Origin: Candidatus Latescibacterota bacterium
GTDB taxonomy: Bacteria; Latescibacterota; UBA2968; GCA-2709665
Length of the DNA: 64,000 nucleotides
Direction of reading: 5' to 3'
Assembly: GCA_965237675.1 (NCBI GenBank)
Contig: OZ250150.1
Coordinates: 3,104,001 to 3,168,000 of the forward strand
The position numbers were made by a program, and so were the translations under genes. This document shows, piece after piece, positions 49,118 through 59,074 of this stretch. The notes beneath the pieces are model-generated. The model made no database searches. It was given only the letters and a program-made list of their open reading frames with translations, and was not told the origin of the DNA. Positions within the stretch are counted from its first letter, which is position 1, and every line of letters begins with the position of its first letter.

Positions 49118-49945
49118 ATGAAGCTTGCGGTCTGCAATGAGTTCTTCGAAGGTTGGGAGATCGAGCGGGTGTTCGACTATGCCGCGCTTATCGGATGCGC
49201 CGGGGTGGAGATCGCGCCATTCACGCTGGCGGAGTCGGTCCACGGCATTTCATCCGCCAGCAGGCGGAACATCCGCCGGGCGGCGGCAGGGGCGGGTGTG
49301 GAGATCGTGGGGCTGCACTGGTTGCTGGTAAAACCCGCCGGGTTATATATCAACCATCCGGATCGGCAGATCTGGAAGCGCACGCAGGAATACGTAAAGG
49401 CGCTGATCGATTTCTGCGGGGACCTGGGGGGAAGCGTGATGATTCACGGCTCACCCCAGCAGCGGAATATTCAGGAGGGTTGGGACGCGGAGGACTGTTT
49501 TGCTCGGGCGGCGGAACTGTTTGCCGGTTGCACGGATCTGATGGCCGATCGGGGCGTAACGTATTGCATCGAGCCGCTTACGGATCAGGAGACCAATTTC
49601 GTAACCAGCGTGGCCGGGGCCTTGAAGCTGGTCGAGGCGGTCGGGCATCCGAATTTTCAGACGATGGTTGACTGCCGGGCAGCTGCCTCGGAGGAACGAC
49701 CCCATACCGAGGTGATCGCCCAGGCCGGAATGGCCATGCGGCATGTGCATGTAAACGACCCGAATCTGCGAGGACCCGGATTCGGAGACCTTCAATTTAC
49801 GCCCATCATGAGGGCGCTGCAGGATCAGGATTACAATGGATACGTCTCGGTTGAGGTGTTCGAATTCGATCCGGATCCGCAGACGATCGCCGCCCGCAGT
49901 ATCGGCTATCTGAAAGGGATTCTCGAGGCCCTTGCCCCCGGATGA
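49118..49945 (+). CDS. Sugar phosphate isomerase/epimerase (D-psicose/tagatose 3-epimerase-like)
   Basis: GVEIAPF, IEPL, HVHVND, GPG, SVEVF. Confidence 0.85.
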   Translation: MKLAVCNEFFEGWEIERVFDYAALIGCAGVEIAPFTLAESVHGISSASRRNIRRAAAGAGVEIVGLHWLLVKPAGLYINHPDRQIWKRTQEYVKALIDFCGDLGGSVMIHGSPQQRNIQEGWDAEDCFARAAELFAGCTDLMADRGVTYCIEPLTDQETNFVTSVAGALKLVEAVGHPNFQTMVDCRAAASEERPHTEVIAQAGMAMRHVHVNDPNLRGPGFGDLQFTPIMRALQDQDYNGYVSVEVFEFDPDPQTIAARSIGYLKGILEALAPG

Positions 49946-50089
49946 AACGCCGCGGTGTCAAAGCGCCCGCCCGGATTCAGGTGCATGCGCCGGGTTCTGG
50001 TGTGTCCTGCGATCGCCAATATTTGATATTCGATGGGATAAGTCAAAACGGCGTGAACCGGCGCACAGTTCCGCCGTCTCCGGGTGGGA

Positions 50090-51526
50090 TCAGAATTCAC
50101 CGGCGCCGTCTGCCGGAATCGGCGTGAGGCGCAATACGGTACCGGGGTTGTTCAGAACGACGTAGATTGCGCCGTCCGGTCCACTCGCCACGTCCCGCAC
50201 GCGGCCGGCATTCTTGAGGATGGTTTCCTGGTAGATCACACGGTCGTTCTCAACCGTGAGGAGTCGGACTTCCTCATACGCGAGGGCGCCCACGAGAAGC
50301 CGGTTCTTCCACCTGGGAAAAAGATCTCCGCGGTAAAAATCGATGCCACAGACGGCGATGGAGGGGCGCCAGAACAGGACGGGTTGCTCCAGGCCGGGCT
50401 TGCGTTCGAATTCCGAGACGAGGGTTCCGTTGTAGTTTCGGCCGTAAGTGACCTCCGGCCAGCCGTAGTTGATTCCAGCCCGGATCAGGTTGATTTCATC
50501 CCCGCCCATCGGCCCGTGTTCGCTTTCCCATACAGCGCCTGAAGCCGGATGCACCGCCAGGCCCTGCGGGTTGCGCTGGCCGTAGCTGAAGACGGTGGGG
50601 AGGGCGCCATCCTGATTGACGAAGGGGTTGTCCGGAGGAATCCGGCCGTCCCTGTGAATGCGGTGAATTTTGCCCGAGGGTCGGCTCAGATCCTGCGCGT
50701 GCCGGGGGATTCCACGGTCCCCGATCGGGAAGTAGAGATAGCCCGCCGGGTCGAAGACGATCCGGCAGCCGTAATGGTGTCGCGTTATTCCATAGGCCTC
50801 GTGAGGGGCTTCATAGATGACCTGCTGGTCTGTCCATGCGTTGTCTTTCAGACGACCTCGTACAAGGCGCGTCATGGCGGGTGGGCGTTGGATGTTGGCG
50901 GTGTCCGTGAGCACATGGCTGTAAGACAGGTAGATCCAGCCGTTTTCCGCATAGGCGGGATCGACGGCCACGTCCATAAGACCGCCCTGTCCCTGATGCA
51001 GAACCTGTGGCGTAGCCGACGCCGGTTCGGGTCGAAGCACGCCGTTCCTGACCACGCGAAGCCTTCCGGGCCGCTCGGTGATGAGCGCTGTGGCGGCATC
51101 CGCAAAGTCAATCGCCCAGGGTATCTGCAGGCCCTCTACCCAGCGTTCGACGCGGATCCGATAGTCATACGTGTCCAGGGTGTCGGGAATGGGGGGTTTG
51201 GTGGCGCCGGCAGACTTTTCGACCTCCCGGATATATGCCGAGAGGGCGTTGATCTGGCCCTGCGAGAGTACTTCCCCGAACGCCGGCATACCCTGCTGGA
51301 CAATGCCGAATCTGATGTTCCGGGCGATGTTCCCACGTCCGCCGTAGATCCAGACGCCGTCAATCAGACTGGGTGCGTTGACGCCCTCCAGGTTCTTTCC
51401 GTGGCAGGACCCGCAATACTGGCGATAGAGGGTTTGGCCGTCGGAAGACGGTTCGCCGGCCGCACGCGGGGGGTGGTAGAGAGCGGACAGTGCGCACAGC
51501 AGGAAGCAGCCTGACACACGCAGCAT
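50090..51526 (-). CDS. PQQ-dependent glucose/sorbosone dehydrogenase with N-terminal cytochrome c
   Basis: CGSCHG...GMP; PWAIDF, GQGGL, RNPQG, EHGP.GGDEIN, NYGWP. Confidence 0.9.
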   Translation of the reverse strand: MLRVSGCFLLCALSALYHPPRAAGEPSSDGQTLYRQYCGSCHGKNLEGVNAPSLIDGVWIYGGRGNIARNIRFGIVQQGMPAFGEVLSQGQINALSAYIREVEKSAGATKPPIPDTLDTYDYRIRVERWVEGLQIPWAIDFADAATALITERPGRLRVVRNGVLRPEPASATPQVLHQGQGGLMDVAVDPAYAENGWIYLSYSHVLTDTANIQRPPAMTRLVRGRLKDNAWTDQQVIYEAPHEAYGITRHHYGCRIVFDPAGYLYFPIGDRGIPRHAQDLSRPSGKIHRIHRDGRIPPDNPFVNQDGALPTVFSYGQRNPQGLAVHPASGAVWESEHGPMGGDEINLIRAGINYGWPEVTYGRNYNGTLVSEFERKPGLEQPVLFWRPSIAVCGIDFYRGDLFPRWKNRLLVGALAYEEVRLLTVENDRVIYQETILKNAGRVRDVASGPDGAIYVVLNNPGTVLRLTPIPADGAGEF

Positions 51527-51624
51527 AAATCCTCCTTTGACGTCGTCGTTGAAGTCTCAGGTTAAGGTTGGCCGCAGGACGAGCGTTTCGCTCCACATCC
51601 TGCGGACACAGGCCGAGGAATCCT

Positions 51625-52653
51625 ATGGTGGAACCGGTGCAACCCGTAGACGTCGCCGTTATCGGCCCGGGTCGGATGGGCGGACTCTACGCTCGGATTC
51701 TCGATCAGTCGGCGCTGACGCGGCTGGTTGCCGTCTGCGGGCAGGGGGAGGTCGCCGCGCGGAACGTGGCGACGGAAATGGGGGTGCCGGTCTATACCGG
51801 GGCTCGCTACAACGACATGCTCTCCGACCATCCACAGATTGAAGCGGTCGTTGTCGCCACCTCCGAATGGGCGCACGCGGACCCCGTCGCGGCCTGTCTG
51901 GAGTTCGGGAAGCATGTCCTTGTGGAAAAACCGATGGCGACGTCCCCTTCAGACGCTGTCCGGATGGCGCGTGGAGCGGATCGGAACGGCGTCCATCTGA
52001 TGGTATGCCATAGCCTGCGTTTCGACCCCCGATTCGCCGCCATGCGGGAGACTGTGGCTCGTGGCGAAATTGGTGAGGTTCTCCACGTGTACAGCCGGAG
52101 GTCCTCGCAGCCCGCCGCCGTCGATAGGGTGCTCGGCCGCTTTCCGCTGGCCTACTGGTTGTTGCCCCACGACATCGATCTGGCACTCTGGACGTCCCGA
52201 AGCCCGGTCGCGCGGGTGATGGCCACCTCGAGGTCCGGGGGACGGAGCCGGCAGGATCTGATTGTCGTCGTCCTCACCTTCGACTGCGGCGCAGTTGCCG
52301 TTCTGGAAAATGTATGGGGTTCGCCCATCCGGGGAGGGCGGCCTCAGAACCAACTCTTCACCGTACGCGGCACGACCGGGGCCGTAGAGGTCCTTCCTTA
52401 CGAAAATGGTCTCGCGATTTACGGCGCGAACGACGTCGTGTATCCCGATACATCCGTCGCTCCCGACGTTCACGGCCAGACGGAGGGCACGTCACGTTCA
52501 CTGATCAGGCACTTCGCGGGGGTGGTACGGAACTTGTGGAAGCCGCTGATCACCCCCCGGGACGGGGTGGAGGTCGTCCGGATCGCGTCTGCGGTCGATG
52601 CCTCTCTGGAGGAGGGCCGCGAGATTACCATTTCACCGAAGGGGGATGCATGA
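51625..52653 (+). CDS. Gfo/Idh/MocA oxidoreductase
   Basis: IGPGRMG, HVLVEKPM, HDID. Confidence 0.9.
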   Translation: MVEPVQPVDVAVIGPGRMGGLYARILDQSALTRLVAVCGQGEVAARNVATEMGVPVYTGARYNDMLSDHPQIEAVVVATSEWAHADPVAACLEFGKHVLVEKPMATSPSDAVRMARGADRNGVHLMVCHSLRFDPRFAAMRETVARGEIGEVLHVYSRRSSQPAAVDRVLGRFPLAYWLLPHDIDLALWTSRSPVARVMATSRSGGRSRQDLIVVVLTFDCGAVAVLENVWGSPIRGGRPQNQLFTVRGTTGAVEVLPYENGLAIYGANDVVYPDTSVAPDVHGQTEGTSRSLIRHFAGVVRNLWKPLITPRDGVEVVRIASAVDASLEEGREITISPKGDA

Positions 52654-53033
52654 TCCGATCGATAGAGCATATCGCGATTGTTGCGGCCGACCCCAACACG
52701 CTCGCCCGCTGGTACTGTGACATCCTGGGTTTTGAGATGATCCTTGAAAACGACGAGAGCCAGACCTATTTCTTGCGCCTTCCAGGCGGAGGCATTCTGG
52801 AGTTCCTGCCGTCGAACCAACGGCCGCCCGCGGAAAGCGCCGCCGATGACGCCGGCATTCGGCATATCGCGCTCGCGGTGGATAACTTCGATTCGGCGTG
52901 CCGGATGCTGGAGAGACGTGGCGCCGAATTTGTGGGGCCGTACCGCGAGACGTCAACGGGGACCCGGTTCAACTTCCTGGCGGACCCGGAGGGGAATTTG
53001 CTCCAGATCGTATACAGGGCCGAGCCACTATAG
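52650..53033 (+). CDS. VOC/glyoxalase family protein
   Basis: IEHIAI, LEF, GIRHIAL, DPEGNLLQI; ATGA overlap with the upstream gene. Confidence 0.9.
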   Translation: MIRSIEHIAIVAADPNTLARWYCDILGFEMILENDESQTYFLRLPGGGILEFLPSNQRPPAESAADDAGIRHIALAVDNFDSACRMLERRGAEFVGPYRETSTGTRFNFLADPEGNLLQIVYRAEPL

Positions 53034-53091
53034 CGATCGCACAGCCTGCCCCGGCGGGCGCCTGCGATCTTGCCCCGCGGACGGATCCGTC

Positions 53092-54168
53092 TCAACGTTG
53101 AAATTTCGGCTGCCGGGGCGGCCTGTTTCGCTGCAAACGGTACCGGCTCCCCATCAGCGGCAATTCGACCCGTGCGCCACCCCGAGCATGCGATTCGACA
53201 AAAGCGAAGATGAGTTCCGTGTTTGCCCGCGCCGTTCTGACGCCGCCGCGTGGCGGTTCGCCGGTGTCAAGCGAGCGGACGAGATCTTCGATCAGCCGCT
53301 GGGTTGAACTGGCCGGTTTGAAAGCTGGAAACTCCCCCGTCGTCAGAACGGACCGGCCGCGATGGTCCTCGGCGCCGTGTTCGCGCACGTGCCATTCAAC
53401 CCCGTTGCGCAGGCCTGAGACCACGCCACGGTCGCCCACCGCCTCCACTTCCATACCCCGTCCGGAATTCAGCGCGTAGGCGGTGACGCCGTTTTCGAAT
53501 TGAAGGATGCCGTGTCCAATCGGGTCTTCGGACAGGCGTTCGCCGTCGATCACCTGGTCCCCGTTTGGCAGATGGGCCTGAACCCACGATACGGGATTGT
53601 CGTTGTTAAGCCACATGAGCACGTCGAAGCTGTGACTGGCTCCATTGAAAAGGGGGCCCGTCTGATGGACGATCAGCGACCGCAACCGGCCGGTCCGTCC
53701 GCTGTCGATCACGTCTTTCATCGCGTCGAATCCCGGATCCCAGCGGCGGTTGGTGCCCAGGTTGAAAACGGCGCCGTGACGCTCGACCGCTTCCACCATC
53801 GCGTCGGCTTCGTCGAGCGATGCGGCCATGGCCTTTTCACCATAGATCGCGCTGACTCCCCGCTCTGCCGCGTCCACGACGATTTTCGCGCGCTGTTCGG
53901 GCTGCGTGGCCACGCTGACGATATCCGGTCGCTCGCGTTCAAGCATTTCTCTGTAGTCGAGATATTGCTTGTCGTCTGGCACGCCATAGCGGCGTCCGAC
54001 CTGTCTCATCGCTTCGCCGCGTAAATCCGAACAGGCGATCATTTCCGTACGTTCGCACGCCTCGTATCCCGCCGCATGCGAATAAGCGCCCCAGGAATCC
54101 GGTACTTCGTTGTCGATAAAGGCGCCCATTCGGCTACACCCGATCAGCGCGGCTTTGTAGATTTTCAT
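53092..54168 (-). CDS. Gfo/Idh/MocA oxidoreductase
   Basis: ALIGCSRMG, DIVSVAT, EKAM, SHSFD. Confidence 0.9.
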   Translation of the reverse strand: MKIYKAALIGCSRMGAFIDNEVPDSWGAYSHAAGYEACERTEMIACSDLRGEAMRQVGRRYGVPDDKQYLDYREMLERERPDIVSVATQPEQRAKIVVDAAERGVSAIYGEKAMAASLDEADAMVEAVERHGAVFNLGTNRRWDPGFDAMKDVIDSGRTGRLRSLIVHQTGPLFNGASHSFDVLMWLNNDNPVSWVQAHLPNGDQVIDGERLSEDPIGHGILQFENGVTAYALNSGRGMEVEAVGDRGVVSGLRNGVEWHVREHGAEDHRGRSVLTTGEFPAFKPASSTQRLIEDLVRSLDTGEPPRGGVRTARANTELIFAFVESHARGGARVELPLMGSRYRLQRNRPPRQPKFQR

Positions 54169-54383
54169 GGTTTTCTTCTCCCCCTTTTTAAAGGGTTTCT
54201 GTCCGAGCCCAGAGGGAATTTTCAGGGTCGGCCAAGCCGAAACCCGCGCCGCATCGGACGCCCCGAAAACTCGATCAGGCGTTTCCATGTGCGGGATCGC
54301 TAATATTCGACCATCGGGCGGGGATGTCAAGGGCAAACGATTGAAAGGGACTGCCAATGCCACCCGGAATCAGCCGCTCAAGA

Positions 54384-56474
54384 ATGCGCCATATCTCCCA
54401 GAAGGACCTCTTCGCCGCGTTGAAACTGGATCAGCCCGGCCTCAAACCCGTCCGTGAGGCGGCCATGGCGCGCCGCTGGAAGGATGCCTATTCCGCCTGG
54501 GGCGCCTACTTTGCAGGGAGAAAAACCGGGAAAAATCTTGTAGACCGTTTTGAGAGGCGCCCAGGCGCCGACGCGATTGAGCAGGCGGAACGATTGGTAA
54601 AGCACGAAATCACGTATCAGGGATGGCAGACGCCCACCTACAAATTCGGGAAGCGGGTCGACTTCAACGCGGACTGGGGGCAGAGCGGCAAATACGGCAT
54701 GCACTACTGGTTCTGGAGCGATCCGCTGCGCGTGGCTTTCGCGAAGTCGGGCGATCTGAGATACGCAGCGTGTTTCCAGGAACTGTTCAAACAGTGGTAC
54801 GAACAGCGGAATGTTATCGAGAATACCATTCCTCGTCTCGACGTGATCTTTTACGAACTTGGGATCGGAGGCAGGAATCCACAGTTTGTCGACCACTATT
54901 TCGCATATAGAAAGACGGGCGTTCTCGAATGGCGAACTCACGAACGTCTTCTGAAGACCATTCTGGGCGGGTGCCGGTGGCTCAACCTGCTCGAACGTGA
55001 AGGATACGTGAGCGGGAACTGGCAGTTGACCGGGTCATTCGCCCTTGTCTACTGCGGCGGGCTCTTTCCTGAATTCCGCGAGGCCGGGGACTGGGTCGAG
55101 ATAGGGATGCGGCGAATTGCCGAACATGCCGAAAAGGATTTCTTCGCGGACGGCTGCCACTCCGAGCGCACGGCCGGCTACGGCGTCGTGAGCCTTCGTT
55201 GCGTTCAACGAACGGTGGATTTTGCAGACCTGAATCCACACGTCCCGTTGCCGGAGCACTTGAAATCCCGCCTCGTGGAAATGTACGAGTGGTTTCTGGC
55301 AACCGCGACGCCGCTGGGCGAGTCCATTGGCTTCAACGACGGTGGTTTTGCCAACCAGGACGACCTTCTGAAGGAAGCGGTCCGGTATACCGGCAGCGGG
55401 CGTTATCTCTGGCCGGTGCGCGACAGGATTCGATCCCGTGGCAAGGTGTGTCCTGAAAAGCCAGCTTTCTCGTCGATCAACCTTGCGCCTTCCGGGTATG
55501 CGGTGATGCGGTCGGGCTGGGACCGAAATGCGCTTTATATGGTCATCAATTACGGCGGCTGGGGCGGCGGTCACAGCCACAACGATCTGCTCGATTTCTC
55601 GATGTATGCGTATGGAAAACCCCTCGCGCTGGAGACAACCCGGTGGGGATCCTACGATAATCCGCTGAATCACTTCTTCCGGTCTCCGCGGGCCCACAAT
55701 CAGGTCGTTGTCAACGATGCGCCGCTCGACCGGGTCAATCACCGCGGCGAAGACGTCGTGTGGGTGTCCGGGGAAGGGATGGACTATTTTTCCGCCAGAC
55801 ATCGCGGCTACGAGATTGAATTCGGCGTGATCGTTGAACGGAGGATTGTGTTTCTGAAACCGTGCTATTTCCTGGTCTCAGATACCGTTTTGGAGGCCGA
55901 GCGGCATCATGCGTACACCTGGTATCTGCATTCGCCGTACAAATGGCGGGCGGGAAAGCGCCGATCGATCACCGGGGATGGTCCCGGGCTTCAGGTCGTT
56001 CCTGCCAAACCCTCTGAAATCCGCCACGTGCGACATGGCGTTTCATACGTGGAAGCCGATGGCGCGCCGCATCCTTACCCTGACCGGTATTGGATTGGAC
56101 TGCAGAAATGGATTTCAGGCAAGAACCAGTTCTCCCTCCTATACGACGTTGCGCTGGTGCCATTCAGAAAGATCCCGGCACCGGTGGGCATCGCCCGGGT
56201 GCCAGTGGACGTAAATGGGCGCAGAGCGCCGATGCATCTGGCGCATGGAATACGCGTGGAGCGGAACCGACGAACAGACTTGATCGTCTATGGAACAGGG
56301 GAAGGAGATCGGGTCGTGTGTGGAGATCTGAGTTTTAGAGGACGGCTCTGCGTCGTGTCGTTTGAAAACGGCAGGATCATTTACGGCGCGGTTGCCCACG
56401 GTGACGAGGTCGCTTACAAGGGCAGGCCGCTCATTCTGGGGAAATTGCGCGACCTCACCGAACGGGCGCCGTAA
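54384..56474 (+). CDS. Heparinase II/III-family polysaccharide lyase
   Basis: GNW, DGCHSERTAGY, SGYAVMRSGW, GHSHNDLL, AHNQVVVN. Confidence 0.9.
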   Translation: MRHISQKDLFAALKLDQPGLKPVREAAMARRWKDAYSAWGAYFAGRKTGKNLVDRFERRPGADAIEQAERLVKHEITYQGWQTPTYKFGKRVDFNADWGQSGKYGMHYWFWSDPLRVAFAKSGDLRYAACFQELFKQWYEQRNVIENTIPRLDVIFYELGIGGRNPQFVDHYFAYRKTGVLEWRTHERLLKTILGGCRWLNLLEREGYVSGNWQLTGSFALVYCGGLFPEFREAGDWVEIGMRRIAEHAEKDFFADGCHSERTAGYGVVSLRCVQRTVDFADLNPHVPLPEHLKSRLVEMYEWFLATATPLGESIGFNDGGFANQDDLLKEAVRYTGSGRYLWPVRDRIRSRGKVCPEKPAFSSINLAPSGYAVMRSGWDRNALYMVINYGGWGGGHSHNDLLDFSMYAYGKPLALETTRWGSYDNPLNHFFRSPRAHNQVVVNDAPLDRVNHRGEDVVWVSGEGMDYFSARHRGYEIEFGVIVERRIVFLKPCYFLVSDTVLEAERHHAYTWYLHSPYKWRAGKRRSITGDGPGLQVVPAKPSEIRHVRHGVSYVEADGAPHPYPDRYWIGLQKWISGKNQFSLLYDVALVPFRKIPAPVGIARVPVDVNGRRAPMHLAHGIRVERNRRTDLIVYGTGEGDRVVCGDLSFRGRLCVVSFENGRIIYGAVAHGDEVAYKGRPLILGKLRDLTERAP

Positions 56475-56618
56475 CGGGAAAGAGAGGTACGGAACCGCCA
56501 GTTTGTTGCGAAATGCCTGCCAGGGCATCGCGGCGAAATTTTTTCGGCTGCATGTTGACGGTTCGATCGTTCTTCGCCGTTGAGCCAAAACTTCAGCCCT
56601 TTGATCCGGAGGAACGCC

Positions 56619-57698
56619 ATGTCCAATCTTGCCATCCCCACGGAACCTATCGGTTCCATTCCCCGTACCGCGGAACTGGTCCGCGCCGACAAACAGTTCC
56701 GCGAAGGCGGGATCAGCCAGCAGGCGCTGGATGCCGTCGCGCATCAAGCGACCGTCGAGACCATGCGCGGATTAGAGGAGACGGGTTCGCCCGTCATTAG
56801 CGACGGTGAGCAGCGCAAGTTCGGCGGTTTTGCCTTTTATTGTCTGCACGGAGCGGACAACATTGCTCCCGACGGCGTGGAAGTTCAGTTTTCGGATGGT
56901 CACACCCGGCAGCTCCCGCGTCTGACATCCGGCCCGTTCCGGTATACGCAAAGCGCCGACCGCTTTCTCGATTCCGCGTTGAAATACGCGCGCGCTTCCG
57001 TCAAGCAGGCCGTGATTTCACCCTCCCTGTTGAGTCTCATTTATCCGTCGGACGGGATCGAGGATTATTCACGTGAACAGTTCGTTGCGGACCTCACGCG
57101 CGAGCACGTCGAGGAAGTTCGCCGGTGCCTGGACGCGGGCGCGCACAGGGTCCAGATCGACTTCACCGAAGGACGCCTCGCCGTCAAACTGGATCCGTCG
57201 GGCGAACTTCTCAATAGCTTTGTGGCGTTGCTGAATTCCGGCCTGGAAGCGTTTACCGAGGAAGAACGTACGAAGTTGGGCGTTCACACCTGCCCGGGGG
57301 GCGATTGGGACGCCACCCACAGTGCCGATGTGGATTACAGCGACCTGCTGCCGACGCTTTTCGAGATAAAAGTGGGCAATTTCTATGTCGCTATGGCCTC
57401 CGAAAAAGACCCCGGAAAGGCCCTGGAACTGATCCGGACGCTCATCCGACCCGGCCACCGTGTCTTTGTCGGCGTTATCGATGCGATCGATCCCCGCGTG
57501 GAGTCGTCCGAAGAAGTGAGAGACCGCGTTGTGGAAGCCGCCAGATACATACCGACAGCGCAACTGGGCACAACGGACGATTGTGGTTTTTCGCCCTTTG
57601 CGGATGACCTGTCCACCTCCCGCGAACTGGCGTTTGCCAAAATCCGCGCGCGCGTGGAAGGTACTCGGCTTGCTGAGGCTGCACTGCGGGGAGCTTGA
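56619..57698 (+). CDS. Cobalamin-independent methionine synthase II family protein
   Basis: IGSIPR, SDGEQ, VQID, HTC, GVID, DCGF. Confidence 0.85.
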   Translation: MSNLAIPTEPIGSIPRTAELVRADKQFREGGISQQALDAVAHQATVETMRGLEETGSPVISDGEQRKFGGFAFYCLHGADNIAPDGVEVQFSDGHTRQLPRLTSGPFRYTQSADRFLDSALKYARASVKQAVISPSLLSLIYPSDGIEDYSREQFVADLTREHVEEVRRCLDAGAHRVQIDFTEGRLAVKLDPSGELLNSFVALLNSGLEAFTEEERTKLGVHTCPGGDWDATHSADVDYSDLLPTLFEIKVGNFYVAMASEKDPGKALELIRTLIRPGHRVFVGVIDAIDPRVESSEEVRDRVVEAARYIPTAQLGTTDDCGFSPFADDLSTSRELAFAKIRARVEGTRLAEAALRGA

Positions 57699-57938
57699 AA
57701 ACGACGGGTCATCGCCTGTCGGTAAACGGTGCGCATTAGCACGAAATTCAAGCGAATCGGTGGTCGCCCGAACCCGCGGTGCGATCCCATATTCCGCTTG
57801 ACTTCGCCCATTATTTCGTATAGATTTGCTGTCTGAAATAGCCTATGGGATGGCGCCGCTGATTCGAATTGATGCTATCCCCGGCCGTGCAATTCTAATG
57901 GGTTTCGAGGTGTTTGGCAAGACTGGTACGCAATGGAT

Positions 57939-58015
57939 GGGCGATTAGCTCAGGTGGTTAGAGTGCTTGCTTGACATGCAAGAGGTCACTGGTTCGAGTC
58001 CAGTATCGCCCACCA
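57939..58015 (+). tRNA. tRNA-Val (GAC)
   Basis: GGGCGAT/ATCGCCC acceptor stem, TTGACAT anticodon loop, GGTTCGAGTCC, CCA; promoter TTGACT-17-TAGATT at ~57798. Confidence 0.97.
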
Positions 58016-58034
58016 TTTCAATTAACTGAAAATA

Positions 58035-58071
58035 ACGGGCCTGTGGTAAATTTACCACAGGCCCTGTTTCA
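58035..58071 (+). terminator. tRNA-Val terminator hairpin, also the intron target
   Basis: GGGCCTGTGGTA-AATT-TACCACAGGCCC followed by TGTTTCA. Confidence 0.8.
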
Positions 58072-58788
58072 GTGTGCCGAGCATGATCGACAGCTTGGAG
58101 GTGGAAGTCCTCTATCCAGCCTGATGGCTGCGAAGGGTTAGCGAAGCGCAAGGGCATTGTCGCGAGGGGATGTCTGAAGGAAGCGCGTAGCAAAGGCGCG
58201 ACCCGATGGACAAGAACCGGATAGGAGGCCTACCCGGCGGGACGAGCGAGCTGATGATCGCGAAGTCCAATGCCATCAAGTGCCGGGGTGGTAAATCCGG
58301 CGGGTGTGCGCTGAAGGCGGTCGATCTTACGTCGGGAGGTCTGCGTCGTGTCCGGAGGGAGAGGACTGAGCGGCTCGTAAGGGCCGTGATCGCGGCGCAG
58401 AAGTCAGCAGAGGGCATAGTAGCCGGGCGACCGGCGAAGGCCCAAACGATGGACAGGACAAGTAGGACGGCACGCTTATGCGCACCAGGCGGCAGAAAAT
58501 CCAGTTGGAACTGGCCTTGGCACCGGTGGCGAAGGGTGAAGCCCGGGCCGCCGCCACCGCGTCGGTAAGCACCTGGCGGCGCAGACCGCCGGTAGCCCCC
58601 ACGGACCCTGGCGGCTCAGCAACAGTCCCGCCCTTTCCATCGCCTTGTCCAACGCCTTCTTCGCCAAGCTTGGGCTCGCTTCTCTTTCGCCCGGCTTGAC
58701 CGCATAAATCCATCGAACCGCCGTGTACGGACCCGTACGCACGGTGGTGTGGGAGGGGCGGAGCCGCAAGGCTCCCCCCTATCCCGAT
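58072..58788 (+). mobile_element. Group IIC intron, non-autonomous (RT/maturase ORF internally deleted)
   Basis: 5' GTGTGCC right after a terminator; AAGTCAGCAGAGGGCATAGTAG domain III; domain V GAACCGCCGTGTACGGACCCGTACGCACGGTGGTGTGGGAGG; domain VI ending CCTATCCCGAT. Confidence 0.92.
58478..58707 (+). pseudogene. Remnant of the intron-encoded RT/maturase (N- and C-terminal stubs in different frames)
   Basis: MRTRRQKIQLELAL...GEA from 58478; in another frame from 58561 VGKHLAAQTAGSPHGPWRLSNSPALSIALSNAFFAKLGL*; no YADD core. Confidence 0.8.
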
Positions 58789-59074
58789 TTTTCATCTGTG
58801 GCGCTCCAATATCCCGGTCCGGATGAACCATAGCGGAAACGACCCGGTATGCATCCATCGTGAAAGGAATGACGACCCGAGCGCGAAACGCACCCCGCGG
58901 CAGACCTGCGGTCCATGCCGGACACCCGTGAGTTCCAGGCATCGGAGGTTTTTCGTCGTTGTTCTTGCTTTAGCCGTCGCATTTCAGTAACATACCGCCG
59001 AGCCTGTGCAACGTCGCGAACCATCGCCTTCAACGAGAGAACACGTGGTCACCGCCGCGAGAGGAACAGGATCT

